The notes under the pieces: generated by a model
Told to the model about the DNA's origin: nothing
What the model saw: only the letters and a program-made list of their open reading frames with translations
Databases searched by the model: none
Part shown: piece after piece, positions 51,181-64,000 of the stretch
Numbering within the stretch: the first letter of the stretch is position 1
Layout: every line of letters begins with the position of its first letter
Program-made: the position numbers and the translations under genes
Assembly (NCBI GenBank): GCA_038087875.1
Contig: CM075993.1
Location: 3,102,001 to 3,166,000, forward strand
From: Malacoraja senta
Taxonomy: Eukaryota
Direction of reading: 5' to 3'
Length of the DNA: 64,000 nt

Positions 51181-52591
51181 AAGAAGAGTCCCGACCCAAA
51201 ACGTCACCTCTCCATGTTCTCCAGAGAAGCCACCTGACCCACTGAGGTACTCCACCACTTTGTGTCTTTCCTTGGTAAACCAGCATAGGAACATAGAAAA
51301 TAGGTGCAGGAATAGGCCATTCGGCCCTTCGAGCCTGCACCGCCATTCAATATGATCATCAACTCAGTATCCTGTACCTGCCTTCTCTCCATACCCCCTG
51401 ATCCCTTTAGCCACAAGGGCCACATCTAACTCCCTCTTAAATATAGCCAATGAACTGGCCTCAACTACCTTCTGTGGCAGAGAATTCCACAGATTCACCA
51501 CTCTCTGTGTGAAAAATGATTTTCTCATCTCGGTCCTAAAAGACTTCCCCTTATCCTTAACTGAGACCCCTTGTTCTGGACATCTGCAGTTCCTTGTTTC
51601 TGTATCTCCATGTTATCTATATATTATGGGGAGAAGGCAGGAGAATGGGGTTGAGGGGGAGAGATAGATTAGCCATGATTGAATGGCGGTGTAGCCTTGA
51701 TGGGCCGAATGGCCTTATTCTGCTCCTATCACTTATGAACACGAAATAGAGGCTTGGCGGTTTAATAGAAACACAGAAACCTAGAAATAGGTGCAGGAGT
51801 AGGCAATTCGGCCCTACGAGCCAGCACCGACATTCAATATGATCATGGCTGATCATCCAGAATTTCTGCTTTCTCCCCATAATCCCTTGATTCCGTTAGC
51901 CCTGAGAGCTACATCCAACTCTCTCTTGAATACACCCAGTGAATTGGGCTCCACTGCCTTCTGTGGCAGAGAATTCCACAGATTCACAACTCTCTGGGTG
52001 AAAAAGTATTTCCTCATCTCAGTCCTAAACAGCCTAATCCTTATTCTTAAACTGTGTGACCCCTGGTTCTGGACTCCCCCGACATCGGGAACATTTTTCC
52101 TGTTTTAGAACTGTTGACATGCCCATTTTACCCTTGACCTTCCTCTGAAAGAAATACCGATCAGTCTACATCCAATTGTCTATATTGGATGTTTCCTATT
52201 ATAGCTGCGATTCCTCCTCTCCTTAAACAATCTCTTAAAACGCAATAGAAACAGATAGATCAACTCCTCGCGACACGACTTTCCATTGTCAATTCCGCTT
52301 GGTATTTTTTTGGGGGGGGGACTGTGCCTTTGATTTCAATTAATTAGAAATTTCTTGAATAAAGTGAAAGATGGCATTAGTGCAAGGAATGTAATGTGAA
52401 TGGGACTGAGACTCTCTCACCAATACTTGGCATCTTTACTGAACCCTTTCAATTAGTAACATGGATGTCTGATACGATGCAATCTAAGTCCATTGAAGGT
52501 AAGCCTCTTAAAATCCCCTTCTCTGCCTGAATAACACGCACTAAACCTGGGACTTAAGTATTTGTTAAAATAAGTGAGTTCATTTAGTGTT

Positions 52592-53132
52592 AGACAATAG
52601 GTGCAGGAGTAGGCCATTCGGCCCTTCGAGCCAGCACCGCCATTCAATGTGACCATGGCTGATCATCCCCAATCAGTACCCCGTTCCTGCCTTCTCCCCA
52701 TATCCCCTGACACCGCTATTTTTAAGAGCCCTATCTAGCTCTCTCTTGAAAGTATCCAGAGAACCTGCCTCCACCGCCCTCTGAGGCAGAGAATTCCACA
52801 GACTCACCACTCTCTGTGAGAAAAAGTCTCCGTTCTAAATGGCTTACCCCTTATTCTTAAACTGTGGCCCCTGGTTCTGGACTCCCCCAACATCGGGAAC
52901 ATGTTTCCTGCCTCTAGCGTGTCCAAGCCCTTAACAATCTTATGTGTTTCAATAAGATCCCCTCTCATCCTTCTAAACTCCAGAGTGTACAAGCCCAGCC
53001 GCTCCATTCTCTCAGCATATGACAGTCCCGCCATCCCGGGAATTAACCTTGTAAACCTACGCTGCACTCCCTCAATAGCAAGAATGTCCTTCCTCAAATT
53101 AGGGGACCAAAACTGTACACAATACTCCAGGT
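52592..53132 (-). mobile_element. CR1 LINE 3' fragment
   Basis: RKDILAIEGVQRRFTRLIPG...TRGHSLRIRGK. Confidence 0.92.
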
Positions 53133-54002
53133 TGTAAACTCCACAATGCTAAATTGCAGAACGAAGGTACTTATGAGGGAAAAGGTTGGCTTTGGTAACA
53201 GGGTAGCTGGGAGTCCATGGAATTTAGAGATACAGCCTGGAAACAGGCCCTTCGGTCCCACCGAGTCCGTGCCAACCAGCGATCACCCGTACACTAGAAT
53301 GTCAGGGATAATGTGGAGAAGGCGGGAGAATGGGGTTGAGAGGGAAAGATAGATCAGCCATGATTGAATGGCAGAGTAGACTTGATGGGCCGAATGGCCT
53401 AATTCTGCTCCTATTATGAACAAATGAACTAGCCTTATCCTACCAACTGGAGATAATTTCCAGAAGTCAATTAACCTACAAACCCGGAGTGTGAGAGGAA
53501 ACCGGAGCACCTGGAGAAAACCCATGCAGCCACGGGGAGAACGTACAAACTCCGTACAGACAGCACCGGTAGTCGGGATCGAACCTGGGTCACCGGCGCC
53601 GTGAATCTACTGCTGCACCACTATGTCTCCCATCTCTATGACCTTGATGTATTACGTGTCGTTCTGGTTGTCCCCATTACAGGATGGATGTTGAAGGAGA
53701 TGTTGGTCGATGTGGGCAAGTTGGGCCGAAGGGCCTGTTTCAATGACTCGATTGTCGGATCTGCATAAATTGGTGTGGACGCAATGGGCTGAAGGGCCAG
53801 TTTGTCTGGAGCAGGATTCAATGAACATAAATCTCCCCATTTAAAATTCCCCATTTTAATACCAATAAAAAAGTTCTTCCAAAACAGAAAGTTTCTACGC
53901 TTATTAGGTGAAGGATTTTCAACAATGACACTTAGAGTGACTCTATTATTGGCATACAAATATTCTCAAAAAATGTATACACTTGGTTCATATAAGATAT
54001 AG

Positions 54003-54312
54003 GGCGGCACGTTAGCACAGCGGTAGAGTTGCTGCCTTACAGACTTGAAGCGCCGGAGACCCAGGTTCGATCCCGACTACGGGTGCTGTCTATATGGAGT
54101 TGGTACGTTCTCCCCGTGACCACGTAGGTTTTCTCCGACATCTTCGGTTTCCTCCCACACTCTAAAGACGTACAGGTTTGTAGGTTAATTGGCTTGGTGT
54201 ATGTGTAAATTGTCCCTAGTGTGTGTAGGATAGTGTTAATGTGCGGGGATCGCAGGTCGGCGCGGACTCGGTGGGCCGAAGGGCCTGTTTCTGCGCTGTA
54301 TCTCTAAACTAA
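54003..54312 (+). mobile_element. HE1-type SINE, full length
   Basis: GGGCGGCACG head, B-box GGTTCGATCCC, central domain and tail. Confidence 0.92.
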
Positions 54313-55664
54313 TATGTGCTGTGATTACCTTCACCTTCACTGGTATTTGTCGAGATCTCGTTATTCATCTTGGTTTGGAAACCAAAGGCATCAAAACCAT
54401 ATATTATTGTTCTAAAGGTTCACCGAATGCAAACCGTTCTATTTTTACACGGATATTTATGCTTCTCAGTTGCTGGGTCATCTCTTATTATCCAAGGAGG
54501 TAACCTTGGTTTTTTTTCCGAAAAGGTTCCTGTGGATTTAATTGTCTCGAACTGAAAGTACCACTTTTTTGGAAGTCATCAACTCTGTGAGTAAGCAGGC
54601 TGTTTTGTAGATACAACACAGGTCGGCAAAACCTCAAGGTTATGCTGTTCACACGCGGCACTATTGTGGCAAAATCAAATCCTTTCCTCCATTATTTCGA
54701 CAAAACAGGCTCAACAAATATTGGTTTAGAGTTTAAAGTTACCCCTCAGATTCCTATTAAGACTTTTCCCCTTCAGCTTAAACCGAACAATGTTTTGTTA
54801 AGGTAACACCACATTAACCATATCATGGCTTCTTTGGTACAAAACACGGAGTCACCTTATAATTAACTGGCATAGAAACAGGTCCTAGAGTCCACCATAT
54901 CTGTATCAAGTACCCATTTATATTAATCCAATATTAATCCTATTTTATTCTCTCAATATTACCATCTGTTTTCCCAAGATTCTATCGCCCACCTACAAAC
55001 TAATTTCTCCCAGGGTTTTGCCAGGACTTGATCACCCATACACTAGTGTGAAGGGTTTCGACCCGAAACGTCACCCATTCCTTCTCTCCAGAGATGCAGC
55101 TTGTGTCTATCACTTGTTCCATCCTACACAGTAGAGGCAATTTACAGAAGCCAATTAGCGTACAAACCCGCACGTCTTTGGGATGTGGGAGGAGGCCGGA
55201 GCGACTGGAGAAAACCCATGCGGTCACAGGGAGAACGCACAAACTCCGCACAGAGGCAGCACCCGAGGTCAGGATCGAACCGACACTGTGAGGCAGCAAC
55301 TCTACCGCGGAGCCACTGGGCCTTGCTTTCTCGTTTTGCCAATTCTGTGGGAAGGCAGAAGCCACAGGCTTGAGGCGAGAGGGGAAAGATTTAATAGGAA
55401 CCTGAGGGGCAACTTTTTCACTGACAGAGCGGTGGGTCTGTGGAACGAGTTGCCAGAGGAGGTAGTTGAGGCAGGTACCCTATCAAGAAAGACTGAACAG
55501 GGTTATCAAGAAAGACTGAACAGGGTGCAGCTCCTTACAGATGGAAGAGAGAAGAGGGGAATCGACAGGGTGAAAGCACGGAGTCTTTTACCCAGCGTCG
55601 GGGAATCGAGAACTAGAGGGCATAGGTTTAGGTTGAGGGGGGACCGATTTAATAGGAACATGAG

Positions 55665-55991
55665 GGCAGTCACGGTGGCGCAGCGGTAGAGTCGCTGCCT
55701 TACAGCACTCGCAGCGCCGGACACCCGGGTTCGATCCCGACTACGGGTGCTGTCTGTACGGAGTTTGCACGTTCTCCCCCGTGACCTGCGTGGGTTTTCC
55801 CCGAGATCTTCGGTTTCCTCCCACACTCCAAAGACGTGCAGGTTTGTAGCTTAATTGGCTCGGTGTAAATGTAAAAACTGTCCCTCGTGTGTGTGTGTGT
55901 GTGGGATAGAGTTAATGTGCGGGGATGGCTGGTCAGCGCGGACCCGGTGGGCCCAAGGGCCTGTATCCGCGCTGTATCTCTAAACTAAACG
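55665..55991 (+). mobile_element. HE1-type SINE inserted in a CR1 3' fragment (~55545-56120)
   Basis: CR1 reading resumes at TTTTCACTCAGAGG after the SINE tail. Confidence 0.88.
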
Positions 55992-56477
55992 TTTTCACTC
56001 AGAGGTTGGGGTGTAAGGAACGAGCTGCCTGAGGAGGTAGTTGAGGCAGGTAGATGAACGGCATTGAAAAGACACTTGGACAGGTACATGGATTGGAAAG
56101 TTTTGGAGGGATGTGGGCAATCGGGAGGGTGGTCAATCTGTGAAATACATTCTACTCGCATCAGAAGCCCCCCCCTCCATGAGCTATATTATTGACCTGT
56201 TGCCCTTAAAGTGAATTTGAGATGTCATTGGCCATTCTAGACACCAGGTCCAACAAAATTGACTTTATAAAGCTTGCTTGATCACTGGCAGTTCATGGAT
56301 ATTCATAGACCAATAGTATTATCAAAAGACATCCAAACCAAGTTAACAATCGATCACTTTTAATTGACTCATTACGCGTGACTGGATTGGCCAAAACAGT
56401 GTTCAGATGCTCTAAATAATAATTTTTATTTCATCTGAGTGGAGGTTCATTTATTTATGAGTTGGGAGACACGGATA

Positions 56478-57036
56478 CCTGGAGCAAAAGGACACAGAGT
56501 GCCGGAGTAACTCAGCGGATCAGGCAGCATCTCTGGAGAACATGGAAAGGTGACGCTTTGGCTCGGGACCCTTCTTCAGACTGATTGTAGTGGAAAGGGG
56601 AGAAGAAAGCTGAAAATGGGGAGAGGCAGGACAAAGTATTGCAGGTACTAGGTGGACAGACACTGGCAAGAGGGGGTTAGAATGTAGTCGGAGACAGTCA
56701 GACTGGTGGGAGAACTGGGAAGGGGAGGGGATGGAGAGAGAGGGAAAGCAAGGGCTACTTGAAGTTAGAGAAGTCAACGTTCATACCGCTGGGGTGTAAG
56801 CTACCCAAGCCAAATATGAGGTGCTGCTCCTCCAATTTGTGCTGGGCCTCCCTCTGACAGTGGAGGAGGCCCAGGACAGAGAGGTCTGTGTGGGAAGGGG
56901 AGGGGGAGTTGAAGAGCTGAGCCACCGGGAGATCAGGTAGGTTAAGGCGGACTGAGCGGAGGTGTTCAGCGAAACGATCACCGAGCCTGTGCTTGGTCTC
57001 ACCAATGTAGAGAAATTGACACCTGGAACAGCGGAT
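56478..57036 (-). mobile_element. Penelope-like element 3' part with an open GIY-YIG endonuclease segment (56755-57036)
   Basis: My translation: IRCSRCQFLYIGETKHRLGDRFAEHLRSV...VLGLLHCQREAQHKLEEQHLIFGLGSLHPSGMNVDFSNFK*; downstream UTR ends in a degenerate hammerhead repeat. Confidence 0.92.
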
Positions 57037-58631
57037 CTATCTATCTATCTACTATCTATCTACCCTAAAATATCTATTGACTTGGCCTCCACAGACTTCT
57101 GTTAATCATAGTCCTCGATTCCTCGATCAATTTCCAATTTAAAACACACCTGCAGCACCCACTGGACTGAGAATTACAGAGATTCACCTGTCCTAAATAC
57201 GCTCCCCAACACTGCAGACCCAATATTAATATTTTATGCTGAACTTATCAAGCAAGTACTGGGATGCTAATCCTCTGAAGGACTTCCTGTCTGTTTTATT
57301 TTGACATATGGATGAGCTATGTACAGGCACTTGCAAATGATGGCCATCTTAAGGCGATGAATATTCTTCAATAACAGAAAATGCATTGCAAATGTATTTC
57401 TGTGCAGAAGGGTTTGGGAGACAATTTAAAGGTCTTGACTTTTTGAGTGTGTCAAAAATCATAAGCGATATTATGAATGTTAAGGACCTTTGAGACCAAG
57501 AGATCAGCTGTCATATTGAAAGGCAAGAGATTGAACAGGAACACAGCATAGCTGGTTGAGCTGCAGCCTCACAGCGCCAGAGGCCCCCGGTTCGATCCTG
57601 ACCACGGGCGCTGTCTGTGCGGAGTTTGCCCGCTCTCCCCGTGATGCTCCGGTTTCCCCCCACATCCCAAAGACTCGCGAGTAGTCCTGTGTAAGATTGC
57701 CACTAGCGCGTAGGGAGTGGATTTAAAAGTGAGATAGCATAGAAGTGGCGCTTAATGGGCCGAAGGGCCTGTTTCTACACTGTATTTCTCAGTACTAAGT
57801 ATTATTTAGTTTAGTTTAGAGATACAGCATGGAAACAGGCCCACCAAGACCGTACAGACCAGCCATCCCCGCACATTAACACTACCCTACACACACTAGG
57901 ACAATTTGACATTTATCGGTGGGCCGAAGGGCCTGTTCCCACGCTGCATTGCAAAGGTCTAAAGGCTAATCTATCTTTCCCTCTCGGCCTTATTCTCCTG
58001 CCTTCCCCCTTATTAATCAAGCACCCTTATTAATCAAGCACCCATCAATCTCCATCTCCACTGCCATCTTTGGCAATGAACCCTGAAGACTCACCACTCT
58101 CTGGCTGAAGAAATTCCTCATCTCCTTTCTAAAGGTACATCCTTTTATTCTGAGGCTGTGCCCTCTGGTCTTAGACACTCCCACGAGTAGAACCATCCTC
58201 TCCACATCCACTCCACCCAGGCCTAATCAAAGTGTACATTCAGAACAGCCACCATCACATTGAATGATGGGGTAGGTTTGAAGGGCCGAATGGCTTACTC
58301 CATCTCCTACTTGTTCTGTTGTTCGGACTGTATCTGACTTTCCCAGATAATGGACGGAATCAACTCAACCTGTGCGGAGAAATGAAAAACCTTGCCTTAA
58401 CAAGACACACATTGCAGACTTAATCAAGCTTTTAAAGCCTCAACCTTTTCCTCATCTCCGATATAATACGAACAGCATTACATACTTCATTAAATTCATT
58501 TGAAATAAAAACGCTTCAATTTCCAAAAAGATTCGCCCTTGCTTCTGTGTGGATTGAATGAGGTAGAGATTGTGCAGAGTCCTGCATGGATAACCTTCTC
58601 TTGAAGCACGTGAGTTTTATGTACATCTCAC

Positions 58632-59148
58632 AGAGAGGGTGCAGAGGAGGTCTACAAGACTGATCCCAGGAATGAGTAGGTTAACCTATGATGAGCGTTT
58701 GTTGACACTGGGCCTGTACTCGCTGGAGTTTAGAAGAATGAGGGGGGGGGGGGGGGGGGGCCTCATTGAAACTTACCGAATAGTGAAAGGCCTGGATAGA
58801 GTGGATGTGGAGAGGATGTTTCCACTAGTGGGAGAGTCTAGGACCAGAGGTCACAGCCTCAGAATTAAGGTAGGATCCTTTAGGAAGGAGATGAGGAGGA
58901 ATTTCTTTGGTCAGAGGGTGGTGAATCTGTGGAATTCTTTGCCACAGAAGGCTGTGGAGGCCAAGTCAGTGGATATTTTTAAGGCTGAGATAGATAGATT
59001 CTTGATTAGTACGGGTGTCAGGGGTTATGGGGAGAAGGCAGGAGAATGGGGTTAGGAGGGAGAGATAGATCAGCCATGATTGAATGGCGGAGTAGACTTG
59101 ATGGGCCGAATGGCCTAATTCTGCTCCTGTCACTTATGATCCTATGAT
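58632..59148 (+). mobile_element. CR1 LINE 3' fragment
   Basis: VQRRSTRLIPGM...LGLYSLEFRRMRG...RVVNLWNSLP. Confidence 0.92.
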
Positions 59149-59324
59149 CCACAACGTTCTTCCGATCGGGCACTCATTCTAAATGTTAATTATCTGATGA
59201 TACCCGCGAATACATATTTAGAATTTCAGCAATAAATGCTTCCTGACTAATGAAGAGTTTTTAAACAACTATTTCATTTACGGCGCAGGATCGGCTTGTA
59301 TGAGGGACAAGAGCAGGAGAAACA

Positions 59325-60201
59325 GCACGGTGGCGCAGCGGTAGAGTTGCTGCGTTACAACGCCGGAGACCTGGGTTCAATCCCGACTACGGGTGCTGTC
59401 TGCACGGAGTTTGTACGGAAGGTCTCCCCGTCACCTGAGTGGGTTTTCTCCGAGATCTCTGGTTTCCTCCCACAATAGATAGACAGTAGACAATAGGTGC
59501 AGGAGTAGAGGCCATTTGGCCCTTCGAGCCAGCACCGCCATTCAATGTGATCATGGCTGATCATCCCCAATCAGTAACCCCGTTCCTGCCTTCTCCCCAT
59601 ATCCCCTGACTCCGCTATCTTTAAGAGCCCTATCTAGCTCTCTCTTGAAAGTATCCAGAGAACCTGCCTCCACCGCCCTCTGAGGCAGAGAATTCCACAT
59701 ACTCACAACTCTCTGTGAGAAAAAGTATTTCCTCATCTCCATTCTAAATGGCTTACCCCTTATTCTTAAACTGTGGCCCCTGGTTCTGGACTCCCCCAAC
59801 ATCGGGAACATGTTTCCTGCCTCTAGCGTGTCCAAACCCTTAATAATCTTATTTGTTTCAATAAGATCCCCTCTCATCCTTCTAAATTCAGGTGTATACA
59901 AGCCCAGCCGCTCCATTCTCTCAGCATATGACAGTCTTGCCATCCCGGGAATTAACCTTGTAAACCTACGCTGCACTCCCTCAATAGCAAGAAGGTCCTT
60001 CCTCAAATTAGGGGATCAAATAGCAAGAATCCTCCACACTCCAAAAACGTACAGGTTTGTGGGTTAATTGGCTTGGTGTATGTGCAACCTGTCCCTAGTG
60101 TGTGTAGGGTAGTGTTAATGTGCGGGGATCGCTGGTCGGTGCAGACTCGGTGGGCCGAAGGGCCTGTTTCCGCGCTGTATCTCGAAACTATAAACTAAAC
60201 T
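59325..60201 (+). mobile_element. HE1-type SINE split by a minus-strand CR1 fragment (~59475-60020)
   Basis: SINE halves are collinear; CR1 ORF 59551-60006 on minus. Confidence 0.88.
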
Positions 60202-61278
60202 GCAGATGGTGACGTTTATTTTAGGAAGCTGTTATTGTGGGAATAGTTAGTGTTGTGGGCTGCAGCCTCAAGTCTGATCAATACAGTCTTATTAACCATA
60301 TTCTGTTGCTGGCCTTTTCAACCCTGGTCTATAACAGATGTAACACATGCAAATGTCAAATGCAGGGATGAATCTTAACCAGCTAAGGTCTGGGAGAGAT
60401 TGTTTTCAACCTTCAAGATTGGAATCGAGAAGGGGTGTCATAGAGTCACAGTGTGGAAAGAGGCCCTTCGGCCCAACCTGCCCATACTGACCAAGATGTC
60501 CCGTCAACACTAGTCCCGCCTGCCTGCATTTGGCCCAAATCCCTCTAGATTCAAGATTCAAGATCCAATTTAATTGTGACATGTACCAATTGAGGTATGG
60601 TGATATTTGAGTTACCGTACAGCCATACTGAGTAAAAAGCAACAAGACACACGGCACTTAAAATAAAATTTAACATCAACATCCACCACAGTGGAATCCA
60701 CATTCCTGACTGTGATGGAAGGCAATAAAGTTCAGCCATCCTCCTCCTTTGTTCACCCGTGGTCGGGGCCTTTGAACGAGGCTGTCGCCTGTCCTATCCA
60801 TGTACCAGTCCAAATATGTACCTGCAAAATGTCATTATAGTACCTGCCTCCACCACCTCCTCCGGCAGTTCATTCCTTGCACACACCACCCTCTGTGTGA
60901 ATATATTTCCCTTCAGCTTCCGATTAAATCTTTCCCCTCTCACCTCGAGTACAGACACCTTGTGCTTTTTACCTGCTTGATTTATGCGTTTTATGAACAC
61001 CATCGTATATTTAATACCTTCTTCACACTTGTATATTGAATTTAATTTACGGACACTTGATTAAAGCAATTGTATTTTTTAAATCACCCACTCAAATTTA
61101 CACCTTATACTGTGGGTCTGAAGAAGGGTCTCGACCCGAAATGTCACCTATTCCTTTCTGCAGAGATGCTGCCTGTCCCGCTGAGTTACTCCAGCATTCT
61201 GTCTCTATCTTCGGTTTAAACCAGCATCTGCAGTTCCTTCCTACACAGTGTAGTCGTTTATATGTTCAACTTGCCCAT

Positions 61279-61584
61279 TTAGTTTAGTTTAGTTTAGAGA
61301 TACAGCACAGAACGAGGCCCTTCGGCCCACTGAGTCCATGCCGACCAGCCATCACTTGTACACTAGTTCGATCCGACACACTGGGTACAATTTACAGAAG
61401 CCAATTGACCAACACACCTGCACGTTTTTGAAATGTGGGAGGAAACCGGAGCACCCGGAGAAAACCCACACGGTCACGGGGAGAACGTACAAATTCCTTC
61501 CAGACAGCACCCGTAGTTAGGATCGAACCCGGGTCTCTGGCGCTGTAAGGCAGCAATTCTACCGCTGCGCCACCTTGCCGCCCC
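61279..61584 (-). mobile_element. HE1-type SINE, full length
   Basis: All modules on minus. Confidence 0.88.
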
Positions 61585-62185
61585 GTATACGTGTTTGAAT
61601 TACATGCTGCCTTTCGAAAACGCAACCGCCGCATAAAATGTGAGGTGCCTGCAGAGAGTCCGATTACCCATTAATATATCAGACACTCTGAGAGTCATAG
61701 TCATTGTTATAGAGTGAAACAGCATGGAAACAGGCCCTTCGGCCCAACTTGCCCACACCAGCTAGCATGTCCCAGCTACACTAGTCCCACCTGCCCGCGT
61801 TTGGTCCATATCCCTCCAAACCCGTCCTATCCATGTACCTGTCTAACTGTTTCCTCAACGATGGGATAGTCCCAGCCTCAACTACCTCCTCTGGCAGCTC
61901 GTTCCATACACCCACCACCCTTTGTGTGAAAGCTTGGGAAATGGTTGTAGGGTTGAGAATAACAGATGATTATACTAGGAGGCCAGCATTGGTTGGGCTG
62001 AATGGCCTGTGATATAACAATACTATTGGTCATTCTCGTGATTAGCAATGGTTTGAACAGTAACTTTGAACTCCAGTTGATGGAAGCAGGGATATGTCAA
62101 ACTTAATGACTCTCTATTCAAAATGATGCTCACACTAGCCGATCATAATATTAAATACACAGTGAATAGACACAAATGCTATTAA

Positions 62186-62505
62186 TAGCCCTGTCCCACG
62201 GTACGAGTTCCTTCCAAGAGTTCTCCCGAGTTTGCCCTGATTCGAACTCGGAGATTTACGGTAATGGCCACTCGTCGGTACTCGGGGCTCATGTGGACAA
62301 TTTTCATCATGTTGAAAAATCTTCACGAGTCTTCCCATGCTTACCTGCCATTAACGAGTCTTCCCGAGTACCTGCCGTTAGCGCTAAGAGACGTCCCCGA
62401 GCTCCGACGTACCCGCTACGTTCATTCTCCGTGCTTACCACGAGTTTGATTTTTGTTAAACTCGGGAGAGCTCTTGGAATGAACTCGTACAGTGGGACAG
62501 GGCTA
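62186..62505. mobile_element. Harbinger-like MITE, complete
   Basis: TIRs TAGCCCTGTCCCAC.GTACGAGTTC; TAA/TTA flanks. Confidence 0.85.
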
Positions 62506-62694
62506 TTACTCCCACACTCCAAAGACGTACAGGTTTGTAAGTTAACTAGCGTGGTATAAATATAAAATTGTTCCTACTGCGTGTAGGATGGTGTTAGTGT
62601 GCGGGGATTGCTGGTTGGTGCGGACTCAGTGGGCCGAAGGGCCTGTTTCTGTGCTGTATCTCTAAGCTAAATGAATCGGAAACATTCCCACCGA

Positions 62695-63015
62695 TAGACA
62701 CAAAACGCTGGAGTAACTCAGCGGGACAGGCAGCATCTCTGGAGGGAAGAGGAACGGGTGGAGTTGCGGGTCGAGACCCTACTTCAGACTGGGAGTCAGG
62801 GGAGAGGGAGACACGGAGATAAGGAAGTGTAGGGTGTAAAAATGAGACATCAAAGGGGATGGAGATCGAGGAACAAGCGTTCAGTCTGAAGAAGGGTCTC
62901 GACCCGAAACGTCACCCGTTCCTTCTCTCCAGAGATGCTGCCTGTCCCGCTGAGTTACTCCAACATTTTGTGTGTATTTTCGGTTTGAACCAGCATCTGC
63001 AGTTCCTCCCTACAC
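62695..63015. mobile_element. Penelope-derived head-to-head pair
   Basis: Minus copy then plus copy with an intact hammerhead core at 62886-62913. Confidence 0.82.
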
Positions 63016-63284
63016 ATTATACACACAGTGCTTTGCTCAGCCTTGTGGCTATAATCACCCATGGCGTTACACACTGTGTACGATACTTGTTGGTTCAACT
63101 GACGAGCCACAATTAGCACTTCGTCACACAGAGCGTATAATTTTTGCAAACCACCTTTCCAATGGATTGTACTGGGCACGATTCCCACAGCAGCCGTAAT
63201 TGGTAGCTTCTGTGACAAGAACACAACCTCCAATCTGCTCTGAACTCGGCACTTCGCTTGTGAGTGGGAGTGTGATCCGTGTAG

Positions 63285-63696
63285 GTTTAGTTTAGTATAG
63301 AGACACAGCACGGAACCACCGGGTCCACGCCGACTAGCGATCCCCGCACATTAGACAATAGACAAAAGATAATGGGTGCAGGAGTAGGCCATTCGAGCCA
63401 GCACCGCCATCAAAGTGATCATGACTGATCATCCCCAATCAGTACCCTGTTCCTGCCTTCTCCCTTAACACTACCCAACACACACTTGGGACAATTTTTA
63501 CATTTACACCAAGCCAATTAACCTACAAACCTGCACGTCTTTGGTGTGTGGGAGGAAACCGAAGATCTCGGAGAAAACCCACGCAGGTCACGGGGAGAAG
63601 GTACAAGCTCCATTCAGACAGCACCCGTAGTCGGGATCGAACCCAGATCTCTGGCGCTGTAAAGCAGCAACTCTACCGCTGCGCCACCGTGCCGCC
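63285..63696 (-). mobile_element. HE1-type SINE with a nested CR1 tail (~63352-63464)
   Basis: Collinear SINE segments around the insert. Confidence 0.85.
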
Positions 63697-64000
63697 GTGT
63701 TTCATTGTCACGAAAGGAAACCCACTTGCTTCACTCACAACCATTACTTGTCCACAGTTAACCACCATTTCCAGTCTCCACCCATTCACCATAGACGTCA
63801 CGCTGTTAAAAATTGGAATCGAGGTTTTAGAATGCAACGTGTTGCAAATCTTCAAGTCCACTCCGAGCCATTCAACAGAGGTGAATCCATCTTCAGATGA
63901 GCGTTGTCAAATTATGGTCATTATCTTTACTTGCTATAAGGTGGCAAGAACCTTGATTCATAATAAGTACATATGTGATGGGAGCAGAATTAGGCCATTC

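Noticed and set aside
54003..54085. tRNA gene
   Set aside because: The A/B boxes belong to the head of an HE1-type SINE and run into its body; same for the other copies.

Overview
This window is repeat-dense, essentially non-coding vertebrate DNA. The repeat set (HE1/V-SINE-type tRNA SINEs, CR1/HER1-type, L2, Rex1/Babar and Vingi-like LINE fragments, Penelope 3' fragments, Harbinger-like MITEs) points to a cartilaginous fish, probably a skate or ray (inference). I recognise no host protein-coding gene; nearly all listed ORFs are transposon fragments or simple-repeat artefacts. There is a 200-N assembly gap at 39883-40082. The best find is a ~145-bp TSD-flanked retroposon (43511-44251, split by nested inserts) whose first 54 nt fold into a minimal HDV-like ribozyme and whose 3' end resembles a Vingi-like LINE tail also present here. 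Other highlights: many Penelope-derived copies with minimal hammerhead-ribozyme cores, often in head-to-head inversions; a 131-bp perfect inverted duplication best explained by template switching; 14 MITEs with one TIR and five interiors; and a possible decayed retrocopy at ~23.1-24.2 kb. Coordinates were read by eye, so repeat boundaries are approximate, and family names come from motif recognition, not database searches.
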